Assembly: GCA_964016885.1 (NCBI GenBank)
Contig: OZ024743.1
Coordinates: 329,158,001 to 329,222,000, forward strand
Direction: 5' to 3'
DNA: 64,000 bases
Source: Eledone cirrhosa
Taxonomy: Eukaryota
The notes under the pieces are model-generated. The model saw nothing but the letters and a program-made list of their open reading frames with translations. It made no database searches and was not told the DNA's origin. Positions within the stretch are counted from its first letter, which is position 1. Each line of letters starts with the position of its first letter. Shown piece by piece: positions 52,401-64,000 of this stretch. The translations under genes were made by a program, and so were the position numbers.

Positions 52401-55400
52401 ACATGGTAGTACCTGATATACATGGTAGTACCTGAGATACATGGTAGTACCTGAGATACATGGTAGTACCTGAGATACATGGTAGTACCTGATATACATG
52501 GTACTACCTGAGATACATGGTAGTACCTGATATACATGGTAGTACCTGAGATACATGGTAGTACCTGATATACATGGTAGTACTTGATATACATGGTAGT
52601 ACCTGAGATACATGGTATTACCTGAGATACCTGGTAGTACCTGATATACATGGTATTACCTGAGATACATGGTAGTACCTGATATACATGTTAGTACCTG
52701 ATATACATGGTAGTACCTGATATACATGGAAGTACCTGAGATACATGGTAGTCCCTGAGATACATGGTAGTACCTGAGATACCTGGTAGTACCTGATATA
52801 CATGGTAGTACCTGAGATACATGGTAGTACTTGTGATACATGGTAGTACCTGATATACCTGGTAGTACCTGATATACATGGTAGTATCTGAGATACATGG
52901 TAGTACCTGAGATACATGGAAGTACCTGAGATACATGGTAGTACCTGAGATACATGGTAGTATCTGAGATACATGGTAGTATCTGAGATACATGGTAGTA
53001 CCTGAGATACATGGTAGTATCTGAGATACATGGTAGTACCTGATATACATGGTAGTACCTGAGATACATGGTAGTACCTGAGATACATGGTAGTACCTGA
53101 TATACATGGTAGTACCTGAGATACATGGTAGTACCTGAGATACATGGTATTACCTGATATACATGGTAGTACCTGAGATACCTGGTAGTACCTGATATAC
53201 ATGGTAGTACCTGATATACATGGTAGTACCTGATATACATGGTAGTACCTGATATACATGGTAGTACCTGATATACCTGGTAATACCTGATATACCTGGT
53301 AGTACCTGATATACATGGTAGTACCTGAGATACATGGTATTACCTGATATACATGGTAGTACCTGAGATACCTGGTAGTACCTGATATACATGGTAGTAC
53401 CTGATATACATGGTAGTACCTGATATACATGGTAGTATCTGAGATACATGGTAGTACCTGAGATACATGGTAGTACTTGAGATACATGGTATTACCTGAG
53501 ATACATGGTAGTACCTGATATACATGTTAGTAACTGATATACATGGTAGTACCTGAGATACATGGTAGTACCTGAGATACATGGTAGTACCTGATATACA
53601 TGGTAGTACCTGAGATACATGGTAGTACCTGATATACATGGTAGTACCTGAGATACATGGTAGTACTTGAGATACATGGTATTACCTGAGATACATGGTA
53701 GTACCTGATATACATGGTAGTAGCTGAGATACATGGTAGTACCTGAGATACATGGCAGTACCTGAGATACATGGTAGTACCTGATATACATGGTAGTACC
53801 TGATATACATGGTAGTAGCTGAGATACATGGTAGTACCTGAGATACATGGTAGTACCTGAGATACATGGTCGTACCTGATATACATGGGAGTACCTTATA
53901 TACATGGTAGTACCTGAGATACATGGTAGTACCTGAGATACATGGTAGTACCTGCGATACATGGTAGTACCAGATATACATGGTAGTACCTGATATACAT
54001 GGTAGTACCTGATATACATGGTAGTACCTGAGATACATGGTAGTACCTGAGATACATGGTAGTACCTGATATACATGGTAGTACCTGAGATACATGGTAG
54101 TACCTGATATACATGGTAGTACCTTATATACATGGTAGTACCTGAGATACATGGTATTACCTGAGATACATGGTAGTACCTGAGATACATGGTAGTACCT
54201 GAGATACATGGTAGTACCTGAGATACATGGTAGTACCTGAGATACATGGTAGTACCTGATATACATGGTAGTACCTTATATACATGGTAGTACCTGAGAT
54301 ACATGGTATTACCTGAGATACATGGTAGTACCTGAGATACATGGTAGTACCTGAGATACATGGTAGTACCTGAGATACAATGTAATACCTGATATACATG
54401 GTAGTACCTGAGATACATGGTAGTACCTTATATACATGGTAATACCTGAGATACATGGGAGTACCTGATATACATGGTAGTACCTGAGATACATGGTAGT
54501 ACCTTATATACATGGTAGTACCTGATATACATGGTAGTACCTGAGATACATGGTAGTACCTGAGATACATGGTATTACCTGATATACCTGGTAGTACCTG
54601 AGATACATGGTAGTACCTGAGATACATGGTAGTACCTGATATACATGGTAGTACTTGATATACATGGTATTACCTGAGATACATGGTAGTACCTGAGATA
54701 CATGGTAGTACCTGATATACATGGTAGTACCTGAGATACATGGTAGTACCTTATATACATGGTAGTACCTGAGATACATGGTAGTACCTTATATACATGG
54801 TAGTACCTGATATACATGGTAGTACCTTATATACATGGTATTACCTGAGATACATGGTAGGACCTGAGATACATGGTAGTACCTGATATACATGGTAGTA
54901 CCTGAGATACATGGTAGTACCTGAGATACATGGTAGTACCTGATATACATGGTAGTACCTGAGATACATGGTAGTACCTGAGATACATGGTAGTACCTGA
55001 TATACATGGTAGTACCTGATATACATGGTAGTACCTGAGATACATGGTAGTACCTGAGATACATGGTAGTACCTGAGATACATGGTAGTACCTGATATAC
55101 ATGGTAGTACTTGATATACATGGTAGTACCTGAGATACATGGTAGTACCTGAGATACATGGTAGTACCTGAGATACATGGTATTACCTGAGATACCTGGT
55201 AGTACCTGATATACATGGAAGTACCTGAGATACATGGTAGTCCCTGAGATACATGGTAGTACCTGAGATACCTGGTAGTACCTGATATACATGGTAGTAC
55301 CTGAGATACATGGTAGTACCTGATATACATGGTATTACCTGAGATACATGGTAGTACCTGAGATACCTGGTAGTACCTGATATACATGGTAGTACTTGTG

Positions 55401-58359
55401 ATACATGGTAGTACCTGATATACCTGGTAGTACCTGATATACATGGTAGTATCTGAGATACATGGTAGTACCTGAGATACATGGAAGTACCTGAGATACA
55501 TGGTAGTACCTTATATACATGGTAGTACCTGAGATACATGGTATTACCTGATATACATGGTAGTACCTGAGATACCTGGTAGTACCTGATATACATGGTA
55601 GTACCTGATATACATGGTAGTACCTGAGATACATGGTAGTATCTGAGATACATGGTAGTATCTGAGATACATGGTAGTACCTGAGATACATGGTATTACC
55701 TGAGATACATGGTATTACCTGAGATACATGGTAGTACCTGAGATACATGGTAGTACCTGAGATACATGGTAGTACCTGATATACATGGTAGTACCTGAGA
55801 TACATGGTAGTACCTGAGATACATGGTATTACCTGAGATACATGGTATTACCTGAGATACATGGTATTACCTGAGATACATGGTAGTACCTGAGATACAT
55901 GGTAGTACCTGATATACATGGTAGTACCTGAGATACATGGTAGTACCTGAGATACATGGTAGTACCTGATATACATGGTAGTACTTGATATACATGGTAG
56001 TACCTGAGATACATGGTAGTACCTGAGATACATGGTAGTACCTGAGATACATGGTATTACCTGAGATACATGGTAGTACCTGATATACATGGTAGTACCT
56101 GAGATACCTGGTAGTACCTGAGATACATGGTAGTACCTGAGATACATGGTAGTACCTGATATACATGGTAGTACCTGAGATACATGGTAGTACCTGAGAT
56201 ACATGGTAGTACCTGAGATACATGGTAGTACCTGATATACATGGTACTACCTGAGATACATGGTAGTACCTGATATACATGGTAGTACCTGAGATACATG
56301 GTAGTACCTGATATACATGGTAGTACTTGATATACATGGTAGTACCTGAGATACATGGTATTACCTGAGATACCTGGTAGTACCTGATATACATGGTATT
56401 ACCTGAGATACATGGTAGTACCTGATATACATGTTAGTACCTGATATACATGGTAGTACCTGATATACATGGAAGTACCTGAGATACATGGTAGTCCCTG
56501 AGATACATGGTAGTACCTGAGATACCTGGTAGTACCTGATATACATGGTAGTACCTGAGATACATGGTAGTACTTGTGATACATGGTAGTACCTGATATA
56601 CCTGGTAGTACCTGATATACATGGTAGTATCTGAGATACATGGTAGTACCTGAGATACATGGAAGTACCTGAGATACATGGTAGTACCTGAGATACATGG
56701 TAGTATCTGAGATACATGGTAGTATCTGAGATACATGGTAGTACCTGAGATACATGGTAGTATCTGAGATACATGGTAGTACCTGATATACATGGTAGTA
56801 CCTGAGATACATGGTAGTACCTGAGATACATGGTAGTACCTGATATACATGGTAGTACCTGAGATACATGGTAGTACCTGAGATACATGGTATTACCTGA
56901 TATACATGGTAGTACCTGAGATACCTGGTAGTACCTGATATACATGGTAGTACCTGATATACATGGTAGTACCTGATATACATGGTAGTACCTGATATAC
57001 ATGGTAGTACCTGATATACCTGGTAATACCTGATATACCTGGTAGTACCTGATATACATGGTAGTACCTGAGATACATGGTATTACCTGATATACATGGT
57101 AGTACCTGAGATACCTGGTAGTACCTGATATACATGGTAGTACCTGATATACATGGTAGTACCTGATATACATGGTAGTATCTGAGATACATGGTAGTAC
57201 CTGAGATACATGGTAGTACTTGAGATACATGGTATTACCTGAGATACATGGTAGTACCTGATATACATGTTAGTAACTGATATACATGGTAGTACCTGAG
57301 ATACATGGTAGTACCTGAGATACATGGTAGTACCTGATATACATGGTAGTACCTGAGATACATGGTAGTACCTGATATACATGGTAGTACCTGAGATACA
57401 TGGTAGTACTTGAGATACATGGTATTACCTGAGATACATGGTAGTACCTGATATACATGGTAGTAGCTGAGATACATGGTAGTACCTGAGATACATGGCA
57501 GTACCTGAGATACATGGTAGTACCTGATATACATGGTAGTACCTGATATACATGGTAGTAGCTGAGATACATGGTAGTACCTGAGATACATGGTAGTACC
57601 TGAGATACATGGTCGTACCTGATATACATGGGAGTACCTTATATACATGGTAGTACCTGAGATACATGGTAGTACCTGAGATACATGGTAGTACCTGCGA
57701 TACATGGTAGTACCAGATATACATGGTAGTACCTGATATACATGGTAGTACCTGATATACATGGTAGTACCTGAGATACATGGTAGTACCTGAGATACAT
57801 GGTAGTACCTGATATACATGGTAGTACCTGAGATACATGGTAGTACCTGATATACATGGTAGTACCTTATATACATGGTAGTACCTGAGATACATGGTAT
57901 TACCTGAGATACATGGTAGTACCTGAGATACATGGTAGTACCTGAGATACATGGTAGTACCTGAGATACATGGTAGTACCTGAGATACATGGTAGTACCT
58001 GAGATACATGGTATTACCCGAGATACATGGTAGTACCTGAGATACATGGTAGTAACTGAGATACATGGAAGTACCTGAGATACATGGTAGTACCTGAGAT
58101 AGATGGTAGTACCTGATATACATGGTAGTACCTGAGATACATGGTAGTACCTGAGATACATGGCAGTACCTGAGATACATGGTATTACCTGAGATACATG
58201 GTATTACCTGAGATACATGGTAGTACCTGAGATACATGGTAGTACCTGAGATACATGGTAGTACCTGATATACATGGTAGTACCTGAGATACATGGTATT
58301 ACCTGAGATACATGGTAGTACCTGAGATACATGGTAGTACCTGAGATACATGGGAGTAC
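49438..58359. repeat. 19-bp satellite (CATGGTAGTACCTGAGATA), ~470 units, with a 3743-bp (197-mer) higher-order duplication
   Basis: Read directly from the sequence. Identical translations recur at an offset of exactly 3743 (e.g. 50761/54504, 51046/54789, 53340/57083). Confidence 0.97.
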
Positions 58360-58709
58360 GGATTTTTCGGGTTTTCCATTAACAAACAGCCCTGCCTAAA
58401 TGACAGTTGTGATTGATTAGACTCCTATTAGCGCCACAACTGCAACCATTCACTCTCCCCGCCAGACAAGCAGTAATCCAATAATTGTTCGGTCTTCAAT
58501 TTACAAGTAATTGAAATAGAAAATAAATATTGGTGTCCGGCAGTGACTTCCCCGTGTATTACTTCATGGTATCTTAAGCATTGCACCTCTCCTTTTAGTG
58601 AGAATTGCACATGACTTGGGCGAGAATTAGTTGTTATTTCTAACAGATGAAGTCACCACATAGAAGTCATTACAGTAAGTCTACATTCCAATTATTGAAA
58701 CCAGTGTAA

Positions 58710-59080
58710 ATAATTGTTTCTACTTTTGGCACCAGGCCAGCAAATAACCAGTGCATTACTGGTACTTTATTTTATCGACCCCGTAAGGAAGAAAGGCAAA
58801 GTTAACCTCGGCGGGATTTGAACTCAAATCGGAAAAGCCCGTAACTCCATGCTGCAAAGCATGGCGTCCGACCCTCTAACGATACTGCCAATCCACCTAA
58901 TGGTTTCTGATTTAAGCACAAGCCCAACAATTTTGGGGGAGGGGAAAGTCAATAAAATCGAAACCAGTGTATTACTGGAACTTTATTTTATCGACCACGT
59001 AAGGATGAAACGCAAAGTTACTCCCGGGGAGATTGGAACAAGCATGTTGTCCGACACTCTACCGATACTGCCAATCTACC
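58710..59080 (-). mobile_element. Two tandem SINE family A copies (further copies ~49315-49430 and 62680-62780)
   Basis: Repeated TTTATTTTATCGACC..AAGGATGAAA..CAAAGTT..ACTCTACCGATACTGCCAAT. Confidence 0.75.
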
Positions 59081-59646
59081 GTCCTGAAACAAGTGTAAAT
59101 ATTAAAAGAATTCATATTAAAAGTTCTCCATTTTATCTTTATGGACAACACAAAATAAAGTCTGTCCAAAGCTGGACATTGTCCGGTTTTATTTGATTTA
59201 ATTAATTCTACTGTATTATATGGAGTAGGGTGGAGAAAAACTGACCAATGAATTCGACAAAATTCTGCTCACATTTTCTCAAAATGGATGTTCTTAACCG
59301 TATATATGTTAAACAAGATCCATAGCACAAAAATCAGCAGATAACTCACTACTACGTTTTCTGTCCGTTTTCAGAGAAATGGTCAAGTATTTTATCAAGT
59401 ATGGAATGCCATTGGTCACTCTCCTGTTCGTCGTCAGTGAAGTGGTCAAGTGTTTTATCAAGTATGAAATATCAGTGATCGCATCAACAATATGAAGTTA
59501 CTGAGTGTCGAAACGAAGGAGACGAAGACATGTTGCTAATTTCGTATGGCTGGCACGGCGTCATAGTTGATTATAGGAATTTGACCATGCCCTACCATCA
59601 CTACACCTACTCACACACACCGACAAACAAGTAGGCACGCGCACGT

Positions 59647-59698
<52 letters not shown>

Positions 59699-59790
59699 CC
59701 AAAGATTAATATGGTTCATTGATTACTCAATGAATATAGTTTTACAATAGATTAAAAACACTCTACAGTGAAGTTTTCTGGAGTTATTAA

Positions 59791-60125
59791 TATTATTCAG
59801 AATATTAATAAATGAAGACATTCACATAATCAAAATATATATTTTATTATATATATTTCGTAGGTACTGTGCTGTTTTTTCAGTACGTCCTCGTCAGATA
59901 AAATACATGAATTGATGTATGACATACCTCAACGGTCTTGATGGTTCAATTTAATTTGACTGCCAATACTGGAATTGAACCATCAAGACGTTGAGGTATG
60001 TCATACATCAATTCATGTATTTTATCTGACGAAGACGTACTGAAAAAACAGCACAGTACCTACGAAATATATATAATAAAATATATATTTTGATTATGTG
60101 AATGTCTTCATTTATTAATATTCTG

Positions 60126-60132
<7 letters not shown>
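59791..60132. mobile_element. Fold-back insert with ~160-bp near-perfect inverted arms, each with a hammerhead
   Basis: 59791-59952 is the reverse complement of 59973-60132. Flanked by (TA)n. A degenerate relative lies at ~63690-63790. Confidence 0.9.
60018..60083 (+). ncRNA. Type I hammerhead ribozyme (mirror copy 59840-59905 on minus strand)
   Basis: TATTTTAT-CTGACGA-AGACGTACTG..CAGTACCTAC-GAAA-TATATA-TA-ATAAAATA. Stem I is 8 bp and stem III is palindromic. Confidence 0.8.
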
Positions 60133-60216
<84 letters not shown>

Positions 60217-60504
60217 CAAATAACGAAACGAAATTAAATTTTGTTTCGTTTGTAACTCACTTTTGTATGACTGACGCTTGAACAATTAAGTTAAGAATGT
60301 ACATCCACATATGTATACTGAAATACTAGTATGCATATGAATACACACACGTGTACATATGTAGATGTACCGAGTTTTTCACTGGTCACTTTACTGTGAG
60401 TGTCCAGCTATTCTGTATGTAAACACACAGACAAACCGGTTTTTAGAGTCATACTGGTTTTTGAGGAAACACCTTTCCTCTATTCTCCAGAAAGCCAGAC
60501 AAGG

Positions 60505-60549
60505 AATATTGGACTAGTTTCGATGTTGTTACATCTCATCAGCAATATT
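60505..60549 (-). ncRNA. Minimal type I hammerhead ribozyme (also 60971-61015)
   Basis: Reverse complement of AATATTG-CTGATGA-GATGTAACAACATC-GAAA-CTAG-TC-CAATATT. Confidence 0.9.
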
Positions 60550-61434
60550 TACCCATCTTCCGGCCTTTCTAGAGAATCGTAAAAGCACATATCGTTATAT
60601 GCTTTTTCTATGAAAATTAGTAGTGGGCAGACTAATTTGCATAGAGCGTGAGTACGTACCGGTTCAACGGAGACGATAAAAACAAATAACGAAACGAAAT
60701 TAAATTTTGTTTCGTTTGTAACTCACTTTTGTATGACTGACGCTTAAACAATTAAGTTAAGAATGTACATCCACATATGTATACTGAAATACTAGTATGC
60801 ATATGAATACACACACGTGTATATATGTAGATGTACCGAGTTTTTCACTGGTCACTTTACTGTGAGTGTCCAGCTATTCTGTATGTAAACACACAGACAA
60901 ACCGGTTTTTAGAGTCATACTGGTTTTTGAGGAAACACCTTTCCTCTATTCTCCAGAAAGCCAGACAAGGAATATTGGACTAGTTTCGATGTTGTTACAT
61001 CTCATCAGCAATATTTACCCATCTTCCGGCCTTTCTAGAGAATCGTAAAAGCACATATCGTTATATGCTTTTTCTATGAAAATTAGTAGTGGGCAGACTA
61101 ATTTGCATAGAGCGTGAGTACGTACCGGTTCAACGGAGACGATAAAAACAAATAACGAAACGAAATTAAATTTTGTTTCGTTTGTAACTCACTTTTGTAT
61201 GACTGACGCTTAAACAATTAAGTTAAGAATGTACATCCACATATGTATACTGAAATACTAAAAAATAAACGAAACAAAATTTAATTTCGTTTCGTTATTT
61301 GTTTTTATCGTCTCCGTTGAACCGGTACGTACTCACGCTCTATGCAAATTAGTCTGCCCACTACTAATTTTCATAGAAAAAGCATATAACGATATGTGCT
61401 TTTACGATTCTCTAGAAAGGCCGGAAGATGGGTA

Positions 61435-61479
61435 AATATTGCTGATGAGATGTAACAACATCGAAACTAGTCCAATATT
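61435..61479 (+). ncRNA. Minimal type I hammerhead ribozyme (also 61901-61945; GUA variant at 62367-62411)
   Basis: AATATTG-CTGATGA-GATG(TAACAA)CATC-GAAA-CTAG-TC-CAATATT. Stem I is 7 bp. Predicted cleavage is after C61472. Confidence 0.92.
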
Positions 61480-62629
61480 CCTTGTCTGGCTTTCTGGAGA
61501 ATAGAGGAAAGGTGTTTCCTCAAAAACCAGTATGACTCTAAAAACCGGTTTGTCTGTGTGTTTACATACAGAATAGCTGGACACTCACAGTAAAGTGACC
61601 AGTGAAAAACTCGGTACATCTACATATGTACACGTGTGTGTATTCATATGCATACTAGTATTTCAGTATACATATGTGGATGTACATTCTTAACTTAATT
61701 GTTTAAGCGTCAGTCATACAAAAGTGAGTTACAAACGAAACAAAATTTAATTTCGTTTCGTTATTTGTTTTTATCGTCTCCGTTGAACCGGTACGTACTC
61801 ACGCTCTATGCAAATTAGTCTGCCCACTACTAATTTTCATAGAAAAAGCATATAACGATATGTGCTTTTACGATTCTCTAGAAAGGCCGGAAGATGGGTA
61901 AATATTGCTGATGAGATGTAACAACATCGAAACTAGTCCAATATTCCTTGTCTGGCTTTCTGGAGAATAGAGGAAAGGTGTTTCCTCAAAAACCAGTATG
62001 ACTCTAAAAACCGGTTTGTCTGTGTGTTTACATACAGAATAGCTGGACACTCACAGTAAAGTGACCAGTGAAAAACTCGGTACATCTACATATGTACACG
62101 TGTGTGTATTCATATGCATACTAGTATTTCAGTATACATATGTGGATGTACATTCTTAACTTAATTGTTTAAGCGTCAGTCATACAAAAGTGAGTTACAA
62201 ACGAAACAAAATTTAATTTCGTTTCGTTATTTGTTTTTATCGTCTCCGTTGAACCGGTACGTACTCACGCTCTATGCAAATTAGTCTGCCCACTACTAAT
62301 TTTCATAGAAAAAGCATATAACGATATGTGCTTTTACGATTCTCTAGAAAGGCCGGAAGATGGGTAAATATTGCTGATGAGATGTAACAACATCGAAACT
62401 AGTACAATATTCCTTGTCTGGCTTTCTGGAGAATAGAGGAAAGGTGTTTCCTCAAAAACCAGTATGACTCTAAAAACCGGTTTGTCTGTGTGTTTACATA
62501 CAGAATAGCTGGACACTCACAGTAAAGTGACCAGTGAAAAACTCGGTACATCTACATATGTACACGTGTGTGTATTCATATGCATACTAGTATTTCAGTA
62601 TACATATGTGGATGTACATTCTTAACTTA

Positions 62630-62684
<55 letters not shown>

Positions 62685-62941
62685 TTGTTTCTACTTTAGG
62701 CACAAGGCCAGCAATTACCCAGTGTATTACTGGTACTTTATTTTATCGACCCCGTAAGGATGAAAGGCAAAGTCAACCTTAATGATTAGTGCTCTGAAAT
62801 ACCGATGTAAACATGAAAGTATGTATGGTATATTTGGCAATATACCGTAAGTTTAGTTAAAAACATTTAGAAAACCATACGCTATCGGTTTTAAAGTAGT
62901 GACTATGTCACTTACTTCTTTTCGGCGAAAGAAGGGACAGA

Positions 62942-62983
62942 AGCTAACAGTCTGTTTCACGTTGGTTGGCGTTCATCAGAGCC
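62942..62983 (-). ncRNA. Minimal type I hammerhead ribozyme
   Basis: Minus: GGCT-CTGATGA-ACGCCAACCAACGT-GAAA-CAGACTG-TT-AGCT, with a GUU site. Confidence 0.7.
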
Positions 62984-63153
62984 ATTTACTCCCCTGCTTT
63001 CGCCGAAAATTATAAAAGCTGGATTCTTATAGAATTCCAGTAATAATCCGGAGCTGATTATACAGAGCGATACGATATATAATATGCTTGTCAAATGATC
63101 AACTAAATCACGCTAAGAATTTTTAGAAAAGCGGTAAGAATTTTTGTTACAAC

Positions 63154-63199
<46 letters not shown>

Positions 63200-63364
63200 A
63201 TTATTACTCCAAGATAAACTTACATAGGAATGCAAGAAAACTCATAAACTCGCCACCTACGGAAACCTCTTGTTGAGTCAAACAACGCCGTACGCTAAAT
63301 CTATCCACAATACGAAGTATTCACAACCTCTAACTGGATTACCTATAACGATATTTTGTTATCC

Positions 63365-63405
<41 letters not shown>

Positions 63406-63816
63406 GAGTTAAACAAGATTCAGTGATTACATCCCCTTTATCTTTCCCTTTCATTAATTATCTATCAGTTGCATTCTCAAGCCAAATACGTCTTCTTCTA
63501 TAGTCCTACAGTAGTATTTCACACTTTAAAATTTCTGTAACTGTTACATTAAGGCGATGTTTTTCTTACTCACAACCTCTCTATTGATTCTATTACGCTT
63601 TCCCATGTTCTCAATATTAGGGTATAAATATTGAGATTTTCTCATAAATTAATCACTACCTTGATTAAATCTTAACCATCTAACATGTCAGGGTATGTCA
63701 TGTATCATTTTATTTTATCTTATGAGGACGTACTGTTGAACCTGATTCAAATACCTCTAAAATATATATAATAAAATTTAATTGATCACAAGAATATCAA
63801 TTTTGTTAATATTTGA

Positions 63817-63883
<67 letters not shown>

Positions 63884-64000
63884 CAAGAAAGTAAGTGTTG
63901 GTAAAATGCAGTACTTCAGTATGCGGATAGGGAGCACTCAGCGACGATATAAGTTCCGGAGTTATAATAGTGACGAAACATAAGTCAATTGCATGAACTC

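Larger units (their letters stand above)
60211..62634. mobile_element. Retrozyme-like array: 466-bp unit, ~2.25 copies then ~2.9 inverted copies, between (TA)n tracts
   Basis: Unit starts at 60211, 60677 and 61143. Inversion junction at ~61261-61266. Copies are nearly identical, with one hammerhead per full unit. Confidence 0.9.

Noticed and set aside
49381-58351. Dozens of minus-strand ORFs, and a superficial CRISPR-like periodicity
   Set aside because: These are translations of a 19-bp satellite. There are no unique spacers, no cas genes, and the context is eukaryotic.
60400-62516. Five near-identical 60-aa ORFs
   Set aside because: They start at GTG, lie antisense to the hammerhead and have no recognisable domain. 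Their identity is explained by the tandem repeat.
63690-64000. Additional hammerhead-like remnants (CTTATGA..TAAAA at ~63719-63775; CGACGA..GAAAC..GTC near 63942-63990)
   Set aside because: Core nucleotides are mutated and the stems are incomplete. The first is noted only as a decayed relative of the 60018 family.

Overview
This is eukaryotic, AT-rich, microsatellite-saturated repeat DNA. It is probably from a cephalopod such as Octopus, inferred from the style of the tRNA-derived SINEs. I can support no host protein-coding exon. Recognisable mobile elements: two Penelope-like (GIY-YIG) retroelement fragments; a near-full-length and a 5'-truncated Tx1-type LINE in tandem within (TATC)n; a decayed R4/Dong-type LINE in (CATA)n; RTE and CR1 fragments; Helitrons; a DD41D mariner-type relic; piggyBac, Tc1-type and 6-bp-TSD MITEs; a solo LTR; SINEs; and an 8.9-kb 19-bp satellite with an exact 197-mer higher-order duplication. 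The main observation is that most short inserts between (TA)n tracts carry minimal type I hammerhead ribozyme motifs. About 15 full-span cores, some degenerate, occur in about 10 apparently unrelated sequence families. They are arranged as tandem and/or fold-back units whose 3' ends point outward into the (TA)n in every case that could be oriented. They include a near-identical 466-bp retrozyme-like array with 5 ribozymes and a U3:A8 core-covariant ribozyme. All folds were read by eye and none was computed.
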